Source of the DNA: Eubacteriales bacterium
Lineage (GTDB): Bacteria > Bacillota > Clostridia > Oscillospirales > CAG-382
NCBI GenBank assembly: GCA_045600105.1
Contig: JAZRXG010000041.1
Location: 43,081 to 107,080, forward strand
Length of the DNA: 64,000 nucleotides
Direction of reading: 5' to 3'
The notes beneath the pieces are model-generated. The model made no database searches, was not told the origin of the DNA, and saw only the letters and a list, made by a program, of their open reading frames with translations. A program made the translations under genes and the position numbers. Shown one piece after another: positions 1 through 9,417 of this stretch. Positions within the stretch are counted from its first letter, which is position 1, and each line of letters begins with the position of its first letter.

Positions 1-456
1 AACGACGGGAAGCGTGGGCTCGGTACGGCACTCGATTTCGCGGTCGGGGCAGAACGTGTTGTTTTCGGGATCAGACGTGAATACCAACACGTTCTTTTCG
101 CTGCCGAAAAGTATGATTTTTTTGTCAAAAGCCGCAAGCCCCTTTACTTCCTCGGTCTTTCCGCTGCAAAGGCAGCATTCGAGCGTGACGCAGAAATAGT
201 ATCTTATCGACACCTGATAAAAGCCCTTGTTGAACGGCACGGCTTCAAGTGCGATATTGGTATCTATTACTTCAACGTTCTTGCATCTTATGGCGTTTGC
301 TCTGTCGATAAGCTCCTGATAGCAGTCGCAGAAGCATACTCTGAGGTCTTCGAGACAGTCTTTGTCTCTCGCGGAGTCGAATATTTTGTTTACGCTGACG
401 CAGCAAAGCTCGTTGGGCTTTCCGCACAATGAACGCGCCGGCTTGTTTTCGACCAT
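1..456 (-). CDS. Cysteine-rich hypothetical protein, N-terminal 152 codons (gene runs off the left window edge)
   Basis: Stop-free minus-strand frame from ATG at 456-454 to position 1. GGAGG at 470-466 lies about 10 nt upstream. My translation starts MVENKPARSLCGKPNELCCVSVNKIF. It is absent from the ORF track because no stop lies in the window. No family recognised. Confidence 0.5.
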   Translation of the reverse strand, partial: MVENKPARSLCGKPNELCCVSVNKIFDSARDKDCLEDLRVCFCDCYQELIDRANAIRCKNVEVIDTNIALEAVPFNKGFYQVSIRYYFCVTLECCLCSGKTEEVKGLAAFDKKIILFGSEKNVLVFTSDPENNTFCPDREIECRTEPTLPVV

Positions 457-565
457 ATATCTCATTCCTCCATATCTGAATAATGCGGAAAATGTCTTTC
501 CTCGCTACAGATTATGCCATGTGTCGATATGTGTGCGAAAAATTGACACGAAAATCAAAAATCAC

Positions 566-594
566 TTGACATAACGGGAAATACGTGATATATA
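566..594 (+). promoter_or_regulatory. Sigma-A type promoter for the SAM riboswitch/metK transcript
   Basis: TTGACA (566-571), 17-nt spacer, TATATA (589-594) preceded by TGa (extended -10). Sits just upstream of the riboswitch P1 stem. Confidence 0.5.
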
Positions 595-606
595 TAATAT
601 GTAAAT

Positions 607-709
607 TTCTTATCAAGAGAGGCGGAGGGAACTGCCCTGTGAAGCCCGACAACCTGCGTTTGAAGTAAGGTGTCAATTCAGCGAAAGCATTGCTTTCGGC
701 AGATGAGAA
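607..709 (+). promoter_or_regulatory. SAM-I (S-box) riboswitch aptamer
   Basis: Matches remembered S-box hallmarks: TTCTTATCAAGAGAGGCGGAGGGAACTGCCCTGTGAAGCCCGACAACC ... AAGGTGTCAATTC ... GATGAGAA. P1 pairs TTCTTATC (607-614) with GATGAGAA (702-709). Located directly upstream of metK, the classic context. Confidence 0.9.
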
Positions 710-732
710 CAATATGGGGAACCACTTGATTT

Positions 733-759
733 CGTCTGTCTTTGCAGGCGTTATTTTTA
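733..759 (+). terminator. Putative riboswitch expression-platform terminator
   Basis: Stem CGTCTG (733-738) / CAGGCG (745-750) with one G-U pair, followed by TTATTTTTA. Lies between the aptamer and the metK RBS. Confidence 0.45.
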
Positions 760-784
760 TATTCCCAACACCGGAAAGGACAAT

Positions 785-1975
785 ATGATCAAACATTATT
801 TTACATCAGAATCGGTCACCGAAGGACATCCCGATAAGATCTGCGACCAGATCTCCGACGGCGTTCTTGACGCGATCCTCAAAGAAGACCCCATGGCACG
901 CGTTGCCTGTGAGACCGCCATCACCACGGGACTCGTTCTCGTAATGGGCGAAATATCCACTTCTTCCTATGTCGACATTCCCACGATAGTCAGAAACACG
1001 ATACTCAATATCGGCTATGACTCGTCCGAAAAAGGATTTGACGCCCGTACCTGCGGCATCATCACCGCCATCGACGAGCAGTCCTCCGACATCGCTCTCG
1101 GCGTTGATAAATCGCTCGAAGCCAAAGCCGGTGAAGCCGCCGAAGACCTCGATACCGGAGCGGGAGATCAGGGTATGGTATTCGGCTACGCCTGCAGCGA
1201 AACGGCATCTCTCATGCCGCTTCCCATCTATCTTTCTCACGAACTCGCGAAAAAGCTGACCGAAGTCCGCAAAAACGGTCTTCTTTCATATCTGCGCCCC
1301 GACGGAAAGACTCAGGTGACCGTTGAATATCACGACGGCGTTCCCGCGAGAGTCGACTCTATCGTCGTTTCCTCCCAGCATTCCGCCGACGTTGAACTCG
1401 AAAAGATCAGAAAAGACATTATCGAAAACGTCATTTACAAAGTTATTCCTCCCGAAAAGAATTTCATCGACGAAGACACAAAGATATACGTCAACCCCAC
1501 CGGAAGATTCGTCATCGGCGGTCCTCAGGGCGACTCCGGACTTACCGGCAGAAAAATAATCGTCGATACCTACGGCGGATACGCCTGCCACGGCGGCGGA
1601 GCGTTCTCCGGCAAAGACCCCACCAAGGTCGACCGTTCCGCGGCATATATGGCACGTTACGTCGCAAAGAACGTAGTTGCTTCCGGCATCGCTTCCAAAT
1701 GCGAGATCCAGGTCGCTTACGCCATCGGCGTCGCGCATCCTCTTTCGGTCCGCGTCAACACCTACGGCACCGGAAGTGCCGACGACGAAAAGATCGCCGA
1801 AGCGGTCTGCAAGGTCTTTGATTTCCGTCCTGCCGCCATCATCAAAAAGCTTGACCTTCGCAAGCCCATATATCAGAAGCTTGCCGCATACGGTCATTTC
1901 GGGCGTGAAGAACTCGGCGTAAACTGGGAAAAGACCGATATGGCTGATAAGCTCAAAGAAGCGCTCTGCAAATAA
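785..1975 (+). CDS. metK: S-adenosylmethionine synthetase
   Basis: 396 aa. N-terminus [20 protein letters not shown], plus GAGDQG and [16 protein letters not shown] motifs typical of MetK. RBS GGAAAGGA upstream. Confidence 0.97.
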   Translation: MIKHYFTSESVTEGHPDKICDQISDGVLDAILKEDPMARVACETAITTGLVLVMGEISTSSYVDIPTIVRNTILNIGYDSSEKGFDARTCGIITAIDEQSSDIALGVDKSLEAKAGEAAEDLDTGAGDQGMVFGYACSETASLMPLPIYLSHELAKKLTEVRKNGLLSYLRPDGKTQVTVEYHDGVPARVDSIVVSSQHSADVELEKIRKDIIENVIYKVIPPEKNFIDEDTKIYVNPTGRFVIGGPQGDSGLTGRKIIVDTYGGYACHGGGAFSGKDPTKVDRSAAYMARYVAKNVVASGIASKCEIQVAYAIGVAHPLSVRVNTYGTGSADDEKIAEAVCKVFDFRPAAIIKKLDLRKPIYQKLAAYGHFGREELGVNWEKTDMADKLKEALCK

Positions 1976-2009
1976 AAATCCCCCAAAATTATAATCGGAG
2001 GAACGAATA

Positions 2010-3674
2010 ATGAAAAAAACGTTATCCTTTTTCCTCTCCTTTGTGCTGACTCTGTGTTCGATCACCGCTTTTCCGGTGTGGGACGTATCGGCTGATCCAA
2101 GCGGTGTTTATACCGACGCATATACCGCCATTTGTGACGGACTGATGAATTTTGATGAAGAAATCGACCTTTCGTCTTTCGGAATACACGGATATATCGA
2201 TGACGGTTATCTTGAAAGTCCCGATTACGTTGATCTCATACACGACGTTCTTTACATGAATCCGCAATTGTTTTACGTTGATTTCGACAACATTTCGATA
2301 TCATATTCTCCGTCGAGCAAAACAGTCATAGGTATTTCTCCGGTGTATCTGATGGACGAAAACGGCGCAAAAGAAGCTCTATCATTTATTGACGGCGAAA
2401 TACAGAGGATGCTTGACGATCATCCCGACCTGAAATATATGTCGGATATCGCGAAATGTCTTACGGTCCACGACGTCATCATCAACAATTTTGAATACGA
2501 CCACGATTACGTCATTGCCGATCTTTACGGTATGATACTCAACGGCAAGGGCGTCTGTCAGGCGTACACGCTTTTGTATAAATACATCCTTGACGGTCTC
2601 GGCGTGAACTGCGCGTATTCAAAAAGCGAAGCCATGGATCATTCCTGGAATCTTGTGCAGATAGGTTCCGATTGGTATCATGTTGACTGCACCTGGGACG
2701 ATCCCGGAGATAGCTATGCGCTCGGACGCACGTCATACGAATATTTTCTCAAAAGCGACGCCGCCTTCATCAACGAAAACGACAAAAGCACGCACTACGG
2801 AGTTGAAGACGATTATGAATGCAACAACACTGCCTATGACAATTATCTGTGGAGCGATCTGACGTCTCCCGTCATTTTCACCGATTCCGATACGCTTTGG
2901 TACGTCGACGGAAATGACAGCGTCCTCAGAAAACGCGCAGGCGGTATGGAGAACGACGTTTTTGAATTTGAAGATAAGTGGCTGTATTACGACGAGTCCG
3001 GCGGCATTACGACTTATTATTACAATTTCTGTTACTCCGGTCTTGCTTACCGCAGCGGAAGCCTCTATTTCAACGGACCTTACGACATCTACCGTTACGA
3101 TACGATTTCCGGAAAGACCGAACTTATCAAAACAGTTGAACGCGAAGACGGATGTATCTGCTCGATATGCCTGCGCGGCGATACGCTTTACTATTGCGTG
3201 TCCAAAAGCATTTCTTCCGTCGGCAAGGTATATTCGTTGGTTCTTGAAAGCGATGACCCCGTTATATACGACGATATAACCGACGTCATTCCGACTGATT
3301 CTACCGTTTTCGAGTCAGACGGCGTAAAATACGTCAGAATTTCCCGCGACCGCGCGTCTTCCCTTTCGCTGCCCGAATGTGCTTTGCTGCTTGCGGGAAA
3401 CGGAACGCCTCTCAAAGGCGACGTGCTTATCACGACCGGTATGCAGATCGCCCTGACGGACGGATCGGAAACCGTTGATTCCGCTGTTATGGTCGTCCTC
3501 GGTGACGTAGTTACCGATGGTGTGCTTGACGAAGCGGATTATCAGAAAGCAAGGTCTTTCGTTCTCGGCGGCGTAACGCTTGATAACGCCGCGGCCTTCG
3601 CTTCCGACTTTGACGGAAACGGATATACCGATATGGAAGACTGCATTTCCATAAGATTAAACGCAAATAAATAA
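2010..3674 (+). CDS. Secreted transglutaminase-like (Cys-His-Asp core) protein with C-terminal dockerin-like repeats
   Basis: Signal peptide MKKTLSFFLSFVLTLCSITA. Segment GKGVCQAYTLLYKYIL...DHSWNLVQIGSDWYHVDCTWDD resembles the transglutaminase-like core. C-terminal GDVVTDGVLDEAD...DFDGNGYTDMED resembles duplicated dockerin Ca-binding loops. RBS GGAGG. Confidence 0.75.
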   Translation: MKKTLSFFLSFVLTLCSITAFPVWDVSADPSGVYTDAYTAICDGLMNFDEEIDLSSFGIHGYIDDGYLESPDYVDLIHDVLYMNPQLFYVDFDNISISYSPSSKTVIGISPVYLMDENGAKEALSFIDGEIQRMLDDHPDLKYMSDIAKCLTVHDVIINNFEYDHDYVIADLYGMILNGKGVCQAYTLLYKYILDGLGVNCAYSKSEAMDHSWNLVQIGSDWYHVDCTWDDPGDSYALGRTSYEYFLKSDAAFINENDKSTHYGVEDDYECNNTAYDNYLWSDLTSPVIFTDSDTLWYVDGNDSVLRKRAGGMENDVFEFEDKWLYYDESGGITTYYYNFCYSGLAYRSGSLYFNGPYDIYRYDTISGKTELIKTVEREDGCICSICLRGDTLYYCVSKSISSVGKVYSLVLESDDPVIYDDITDVIPTDSTVFESDGVKYVRISRDRASSLSLPECALLLAGNGTPLKGDVLITTGMQIALTDGSETVDSAVMVVLGDVVTDGVLDEADYQKARSFVLGGVTLDNAAAFASDFDGNGYTDMEDCISIRLNANK

Positions 3675-3689
3675 TAAAGGAGCATAAAA

Positions 3690-5366
3690 ATGGCTTATTT
3701 GACCGACATCGAGATCGCACAGGCGTGCAAAATGAAACACATTACGGAAATTGCCAAAACAGCTGACGTCGATGAAAAATACATCGAACAATACGGCAAT
3801 TACAAGGCAAAAATCGATCTTTCGCTTCTCAGCGAAACGAGCAAGGCGGACGGAAAGCTTATACTTGTGACCGCCATCACGCCCACCCCCGCAGGCGAAG
3901 GAAAAACCACGACTACCATTGGTCTCGCCGACGGTCTCAAAAGGATCGGCAAAAACGTTACCGTTGCGCTTCGCGAACCGTCTCTCGGTCCCGTTTTCGG
4001 CGTAAAAGGCGGAGCAGCGGGCGGCGGATACGCTCAGGTCGTCCCCATGGAAGACATCAACCTTCATTTCACGGGCGACTTCCACGCCATCGGCGCTGCC
4101 AACAACCTGCTTGCCGCAATGCTCGATAACCATATTCAGCAAGGCAATGCTCTCAACATCGATCCTCGCCGAATCACCTGGAAGCGCTGCGTGGATATGA
4201 ACGACCGCCAGCTCAGATTCATCGTCGACGGTATGGGCGGCAAAGCCAACGGCGTCCCCCGTGAAGACGGTTTCGACATCACGGTCGCAAGCGAGATAAT
4301 GGCGGTATTCTGCCTCGCAAGCTCCATCAACGACCTCAAGGAACGTCTTTCCAAGATCATTGTCGGTTACACGTATGACGACAAACCCGTCACCGCGGGC
4401 GATCTCAAAGCCGTAGGCGCTATGACCGCTCTCCTCAAGGACGCGCTCAAGCCCAACCTCGTTCAGACTCTCGAAGGCACTCCCGCGTTCGTACACGGCG
4501 GCCCGTTCGCCAACATCGCGCACGGCTGCAACTCCGTAATCGCAACCAAAATGGCTCTCAAAATGGGCGACTATACCGTTACCGAAGCAGGCTTCGGCGC
4601 AGATCTCGGTGCTGAAAAGTTTCTCGACATCAAGTGCCGTATGGCAGGTCTCAAGCCCGACGCGGTAGTCGTCGTCGCGACCGTCAGAGCGCTCAAGATG
4701 CACGGCGGACTCGCAAAAACCGAACTTGCGAACGAGAATCTCACCGCTCTTGAAAACGGTATCCCCAACCTTCTCAGACACGTTTCCAACATCAAAAACG
4801 TATACAAGCTTCCCTGCGTGGTCGCTGTCAACCGTTTCCCCACCGACACCGACAACGAGATCGAATTCATAATTTCCAAGTGCCGCGAGCTCGGCGTCAA
4901 TACAGTTCTTTCCACCGTTTGGGCTGAAGGCGGCAAGGGCGGCGAAGCACTCGCAAAAGAAGTCGTCAGACTTTGCGAAGAAGAAAAAGGCGATTTCACT
5001 TTCTCCTACGGTCTTGAAGGCACTATTGAAGAAAAGATCGAAGCTATCGTCAAAAAAATATACGGCGGATCCGGTATCTCGGTACTTCCCGCCGCAAAGA
5101 AACAGATCGAACGTCTGACCGCCCTCGGATTCGATAAGATCCCTGTCTGCATCGCAAAGACTCAGTACAGCTTCTCCGACGATCCCACCAAGCTCGGAGC
5201 TCCCGAAAACTTCACCGTTACCATAAAGAACGTAAAAGTTTCCGCAGGCGCAGGTTTCGTCGTCGTTCTTACGGGCGATATCATGACGATGCCGGGACTT
5301 CCCAAGTCTCCCGCCGCCGAAAGGATCGACGTTGACGAAAACGGACGCATAACCGGTCTGTTCTGA
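3690..5366 (+). CDS. fhs: Formate--tetrahydrofolate ligase
   Basis: 558 aa. The LTDIEIAQ N-terminus, [17 protein letters not shown]-loop region and overall length are typical of FTHFS. RBS AAAGGAG. Confidence 0.97.
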   Translation: MAYLTDIEIAQACKMKHITEIAKTADVDEKYIEQYGNYKAKIDLSLLSETSKADGKLILVTAITPTPAGEGKTTTTIGLADGLKRIGKNVTVALREPSLGPVFGVKGGAAGGGYAQVVPMEDINLHFTGDFHAIGAANNLLAAMLDNHIQQGNALNIDPRRITWKRCVDMNDRQLRFIVDGMGGKANGVPREDGFDITVASEIMAVFCLASSINDLKERLSKIIVGYTYDDKPVTAGDLKAVGAMTALLKDALKPNLVQTLEGTPAFVHGGPFANIAHGCNSVIATKMALKMGDYTVTEAGFGADLGAEKFLDIKCRMAGLKPDAVVVVATVRALKMHGGLAKTELANENLTALENGIPNLLRHVSNIKNVYKLPCVVAVNRFPTDTDNEIEFIISKCRELGVNTVLSTVWAEGGKGGEALAKEVVRLCEEEKGDFTFSYGLEGTIEEKIEAIVKKIYGGSGISVLPAAKKQIERLTALGFDKIPVCIAKTQYSFSDDPTKLGAPENFTVTIKNVKVSAGAGFVVVLTGDIMTMPGLPKSPAAERIDVDENGRITGLF

Positions 5367-5387
5367 TAACAGTCACACAGCAAAAAT

Positions 5388-5423
5388 AAAAGCTCCGCTT
5401 CGGTTGTGAAGCGGAGCTTTTTG
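5388..5423. terminator. Bidirectional intrinsic terminator between convergent fhs and EEP gene
   Basis: Stem AGCTCCGC (5391-5398) / GCGGAGCT (5411-5418), flanked by an A-run on the left and TTTT on the right. Confidence 0.7.
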
Positions 5424-5428
5424 TTCTG

Positions 5429-6163
5429 TTAAATATCAAGCGTCGCAACGTACGGTCTGTGATCGGAAGCGATGACTGCCGGAATGTCGGCGTTGAGTAT
5501 CTTTATATCGTCCGAAACGAAAATATAGTCGATCTTGACGTTCGGATCGTCCGACGGGAAAGAAAGCAGCGGCTTTTCGAAAACGTCCGCGGTATCGGCA
5601 AGGATAATGCGAATCGGATCGAGGATGGGGCTTTCGGGAGAAAGATTGAAGTCGCCCATAAGTATCTTCGGCGTGCTGACCTTTGAAACGTTCTTTACGA
5701 TGGTTTCGGAAGCGTTCATCGCCTCTTCCGGAGAAAGTCCGAAATGCGTGACGAAGACGGTCACGGGGCGTCCCATAAAGTCTATGACCGCTTTGAGGAT
5801 GCATCGCGTTTCATACCAGCGGCCTTCCACTCTGACTTCGGGATCGGGGTCGGGGATGGGGATATTTTCGCATTGAAGGATAGGATATTTGGAAATGAAT
5901 GCGTTGCCGTAAGGACCTCTTCCCTTTATGTTGATGGCGGGAGCGAAGCAGTAGTTCATGCCGAGTCTGTCGGCTATTTCTTTTGCCTGCTCCTGAAACC
6001 ATACGGTATCTTCGCCGAGTCCGCGTACCTCGTTCAATCCGCAGATATCGGCGCCCATTGCGGCTATGGTATCTGCCATAACGTCAAAGTCGATGATATC
6101 CTTGGGGCGGAAATTGTAATTGCGGCAATGCTGGATGTTGAATGACATTACTTTGATTTTCAT
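5429..6163 (-). CDS. Endonuclease/exonuclease/phosphatase (EEP) family protein
   Basis: 244 aa. MKIKVMSFNIQH start, GLNEV, GDFN and SDHRP motifs typical of the EEP fold. RBS AAAGGAG. Confidence 0.85.
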   Translation of the reverse strand: MKIKVMSFNIQHCRNYNFRPKDIIDFDVMADTIAAMGADICGLNEVRGLGEDTVWFQEQAKEIADRLGMNYCFAPAINIKGRGPYGNAFISKYPILQCENIPIPDPDPEVRVEGRWYETRCILKAVIDFMGRPVTVFVTHFGLSPEEAMNASETIVKNVSKVSTPKILMGDFNLSPESPILDPIRIILADTADVFEKPLLSFPSDDPNVKIDYIFVSDDIKILNADIPAVIASDHRPYVATLDI

Positions 6164-6184
6164 TATTTGTAATAAACTCCTTTT

Positions 6185-7027
6185 TCAGAGAGAAATGCCG
6201 AGTATGCTGATCAAAAGTCCGCCGATGACACCGGTAACGTATAGAAGACCGAGAACGGCGAAGTTTTCTTTTATGCTTCTGTTGACCTTGAACAGTATGA
6301 GAAGCCCGACGCCGGCTCCCACAAAAAGACCTGCCATCAGAGAGCCGAAGCCAAGCAGCCCTTCGAGGTAAAGCTCGGTGATGATGACGGACGCGGCACA
6401 GTTCGGAATGAGTCCGACGATCCCGCTTATCGCTTCGCCGAGTATCGGCTTGTCGAGAACGATGCTTTTTATATTCTCTTCACCGACGTAATATATGACG
6501 GTGTTGAGGATCAGGGATATGACGACTATATAAAGAATTATCTCGCCGGTGTGACGGAGTGCCGGGATGAAGATGTTGTCTTCACAGTGGCATTTCTCAT
6601 GCTCGCAAAGCTCGTGGATACGGGGTGACTCGTTTTTGCGCCTGACGATAAGGTCAATGGCGAATCCGATGAGCATACCGTAAACGATCTTGATGCCGAT
6701 AACGGCGAATATGAGCTTTGCGCCAGCGCGTTCCGATATCATAATGGGCAGCATCTCGTCGGACGTGGAAAGATATACCGAAATAAGAGTTCCGAGAGTT
6801 ATCACGCGGCAGGCGTAAAAGTTTGAAGCGGCAGCCGAAAAACCGCATTGCGGAACGCAGCCGCAAAGCGAACCGAAAAGCGGTCCGAGGCGTCCGGAAC
6901 GATGTATTATCTTTTCGGTCTTCTCGCCCATTTTATGCTCGATGAACTCCATAAGGAGATACGTCAAGAAAAGGAACGGAAGAAGCTTGAGCGCGTCAAG
7001 CAATGTGTCAAGAATAATATCAAGCAT
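6185..7027 (-). CDS. Polytopic membrane protein with His/Cys-rich loop, resembles the putative 10-TM heavy-metal exporter (ArsP_2-like) family
   Basis: 280 aa and multi-TM. Central loop HELCEHEKCHCEDN. Family assignment is from memory only. Confidence 0.5.
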   Translation of the reverse strand: MLDIILDTLLDALKLLPFLFLTYLLMEFIEHKMGEKTEKIIHRSGRLGPLFGSLCGCVPQCGFSAAASNFYACRVITLGTLISVYLSTSDEMLPIMISERAGAKLIFAVIGIKIVYGMLIGFAIDLIVRRKNESPRIHELCEHEKCHCEDNIFIPALRHTGEIILYIVVISLILNTVIYYVGEENIKSIVLDKPILGEAISGIVGLIPNCAASVIITELYLEGLLGFGSLMAGLFVGAGVGLLILFKVNRSIKENFAVLGLLYVTGVIGGLLISILGISL

Positions 7028-7063
7028 ATATCAAGGTTATTCCTCTACAAATAAATTCATTAT

Positions 7064-7091
7064 ATTATATCACATTTTTTTGATTTGTCAA
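7064..7091 (-). promoter_or_regulatory. Putative sigma-A promoter for the 6185-7027 gene
   Basis: On the minus strand: TTGACA (7091-7086), 16-nt spacer, TGaTATAAT (extended -10, TATAAT = 7069-7064). Confidence 0.5.
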
Positions 7092-7201
7092 TATTCAGCT
7101 TTTCTTTGAGATATAATAACACAAAATTAATACTTTGTTTATTGTTTTTACGTGTACAAAAATATATAATATATATGTAATAATTTTAACGGAGGTTCGT
7201 T

Positions 7202-8719
7202 TTGTATAAAAGCAGCGCGTTCAAGGACAAGATGCGTGAATCCATCGCGTCCGTCATACCCATAACCCTTATTGTCGCCGTTCTTTGCCTGTTCCTCATC
7301 CCGGTCAGCAGCGGACTTATGCTCTCGTTCGTGCTCGGCTCGGTGATGATCATAATAGGCATGGCACTTTTCAATATAGGCTCCGAGCTCTCGATGACCA
7401 AAATAGGTTCAAGCATCGGTGCAAAGCTGACCAAATCACGCCGTCTTTGGCTGATACTCGTGCTCAGCCTGCTCCTCGGTACGATCATCACAATAGCCGA
7501 GCCCGATCTTTCGGTGCTTGCGTCAAACGTACCGGGAATAAATTCATTCGTGCTTATCATAACCATCTCGGTCGGCGTGGGCATCTTTTTGCTTATAAGC
7601 ATGATGCGGATACTGTTTTCGATTTCGCTCAAATGGCTTATTCTCGGCTTCTACGGCATACTTTTCGTTCTCGCGATATTCATTGATCCGCAGATGCTTT
7701 CAGTCGCGTTCGACTCGGGCGGCGTCACTACGGGACCGATGACCGTGCCGTTCATTATGGCGCTCGGCGTCGGCGTCGCGTCGATACGAAGTGACGTGAA
7801 AGCAAAATCAGACTCCTTCGGTCTTGTCGCGCTCTGTTCCATCGGCCCGATAATTTCGGTCATGATACTCAGCTTTATTTATGACGCCGGAAGTGCCGAG
7901 ACCGAGACCGTCATCGACAGTTTTGAAGATACTCTGCAGCTCGGCAGCGCGTATCTGAACGGCTTTCCCGAATATATGCTCGAGGTAGCAAAAGCACTGC
8001 TTCCCATATTTGCGTTTTTCATAGTTTTTCAGCTTTTCTCACTCAGACTCAAAAAAGTTCCGTTTATCAAGATCCTCATCGGAATCGTCTTTACTTACGT
8101 CGGTCTTGTGCTTTTCCTTACCGGCGTCAATGTGGGATTCTCCTCGCTCGGTTACGAGCTCGGCTTTAACATTGCGGACGGAAAATTCAAATATCTTCTC
8201 ATTCCCATCGCGATGATAATGGGCTGGTTCATAATCAACGCCGAGCCCGCCGTACACGTTCTTAACGCTCAGGTACTTGAACTCAGCGCAGGCGCGATAT
8301 CCGAAAAATCAATGGGACTCAGCCTTTCGATCGCGATAGCCGCCGCAAACGGTATCGCCATGCTGAGAGTGCTTACCGGAATATCGATAATGTATTTTGT
8401 TGTCCCCGGTTATCTCATAGCTCTCGCTTTGTCATTCGTCGTTCCCCCGACGTTCACCGCCATAGCGTTCGACTCGGGCGGAGTCGCGTCCGGCCCGCTT
8501 ACCGCGGCGTTTATGCTGCCGTTCGCAATGGGCGCGTGCTCGTCTCTCGGCGGCAACATTATGACGGACGCGTTCGGACTTGTTGCTCTCGTTGCCATGA
8601 TGCCGCTTATAAGCGTGCAGGTGATGGGTGCGGTCTACGTTCTCAAATCGCGCAGAAAAGTCACCGAAGTCGTGCATGAAGATATCGACGACGAGGTCAT
8701 CGAGCTTTGGGAGGTGTGA
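7202..8719 (+). CDS. DUF1538-family integral membrane protein (internally duplicated)
   Basis: 505 aa with a TTG start after ACGGAGG. Two homologous halves each carry an AFDSGGV(T/A)(T/S)GP(M/L)T motif (near nt 7705 and 8465). Highly hydrophobic. Confidence 0.8.
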   Translation: MYKSSAFKDKMRESIASVIPITLIVAVLCLFLIPVSSGLMLSFVLGSVMIIIGMALFNIGSELSMTKIGSSIGAKLTKSRRLWLILVLSLLLGTIITIAEPDLSVLASNVPGINSFVLIITISVGVGIFLLISMMRILFSISLKWLILGFYGILFVLAIFIDPQMLSVAFDSGGVTTGPMTVPFIMALGVGVASIRSDVKAKSDSFGLVALCSIGPIISVMILSFIYDAGSAETETVIDSFEDTLQLGSAYLNGFPEYMLEVAKALLPIFAFFIVFQLFSLRLKKVPFIKILIGIVFTYVGLVLFLTGVNVGFSSLGYELGFNIADGKFKYLLIPIAMIMGWFIINAEPAVHVLNAQVLELSAGAISEKSMGLSLSIAIAAANGIAMLRVLTGISIMYFVVPGYLIALALSFVVPPTFTAIAFDSGGVASGPLTAAFMLPFAMGACSSLGGNIMTDAFGLVALVAMMPLISVQVMGAVYVLKSRRKVTEVVHEDIDDEVIELWEV

Positions 8720-8722
8720 ACG

Positions 8723-9394
8723 ATGGAACTTTATATGATCATAAGCATAACCGACCGAATGAATTCCGCTGATATGCTTGATATCTGCAATGAGCTCAGC
8801 CTGCCGATGACGTTCACGTCACTCGGAAAAGGCACCGCGAAGAGCGAGCATCTCTCGCTTCATAATCTGAGCAGCAGCCCGAAAGCGGTTCTTTCGGCAA
8901 TAGCGGGACACGACGATATGAAGCGTATGATACGTCTCGCAAAAGAAAGATTGTATATAGATATTCCCGGAAACGGCGTCATAATGGCCGTTCCGCTCAA
9001 AAGCGTCAGCGGCAAAAAGACGCTTGAATATCTTTCAAACGGTGTTGAATCGAACGGAGGTGCGCCGAAAATGGAATTTGAACACGAACTTATCATAGTG
9101 ATCCTCAACGAAGGCTATTCGGATACGGTCATGGAGGCCGCCGTTGCGGCGGGTGCGGGAGGCGGCACGGTCCTGCACGCGAAAGGCACGGGCAGAACGA
9201 AAGCCGAAAAATTCTTCGGTGTCTCGCTCGCCGAAGAAAAGGATCTGATCTATATCATTTCCCCAAGCAAAAAGAAATCCGCGATAATGAACTCGATAAC
9301 AAAAAACGCGGGTACGTCCACAAAAGCCGGTGCCATCTGCTTTTCGCTTCCGGTAAGCGAAGTTGCGGGACTCCGCAAGCTTGACGAAGAATAA
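8723..9394 (+). CDS. Tandem P-II-like signal-transduction protein (two P-II-like domains)
   Basis: 223 aa. Two roughly 110-aa halves, each with a beta-alpha-beta start (MIISITD / LIIVILNEG) and a GKGT/GTGR loop. GGAGG RBS. Starts 3 nt after the DUF1538 stop. Confidence 0.7.
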   Translation: MELYMIISITDRMNSADMLDICNELSLPMTFTSLGKGTAKSEHLSLHNLSSSPKAVLSAIAGHDDMKRMIRLAKERLYIDIPGNGVIMAVPLKSVSGKKTLEYLSNGVESNGGAPKMEFEHELIIVILNEGYSDTVMEAAVAAGAGGGTVLHAKGTGRTKAEKFFGVSLAEEKDLIYIISPSKKKSAIMNSITKNAGTSTKAGAICFSLPVSEVAGLRKLDEE

Positions 9395-9417
9395 TTTTTT
9401 CTGGAGAGGTTAAAATT

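Noticed and set aside
512-796. 94-aa minus-strand ORF across the metK upstream region
   Set aside because: It overlaps the SAM-I riboswitch and the promoter. The riboswitch explains the conservation-like structure, and there is no RBS.
3657-4781. 374-aa ORF antisense to fhs
   Set aside because: It lies entirely inside and opposite a confidently identified gene. The translation is low-complexity (Arg/Gly/Val/Phe-rich) with no RBS or recognisable motif. It is a typical shadow ORF from codon-biased sequence.
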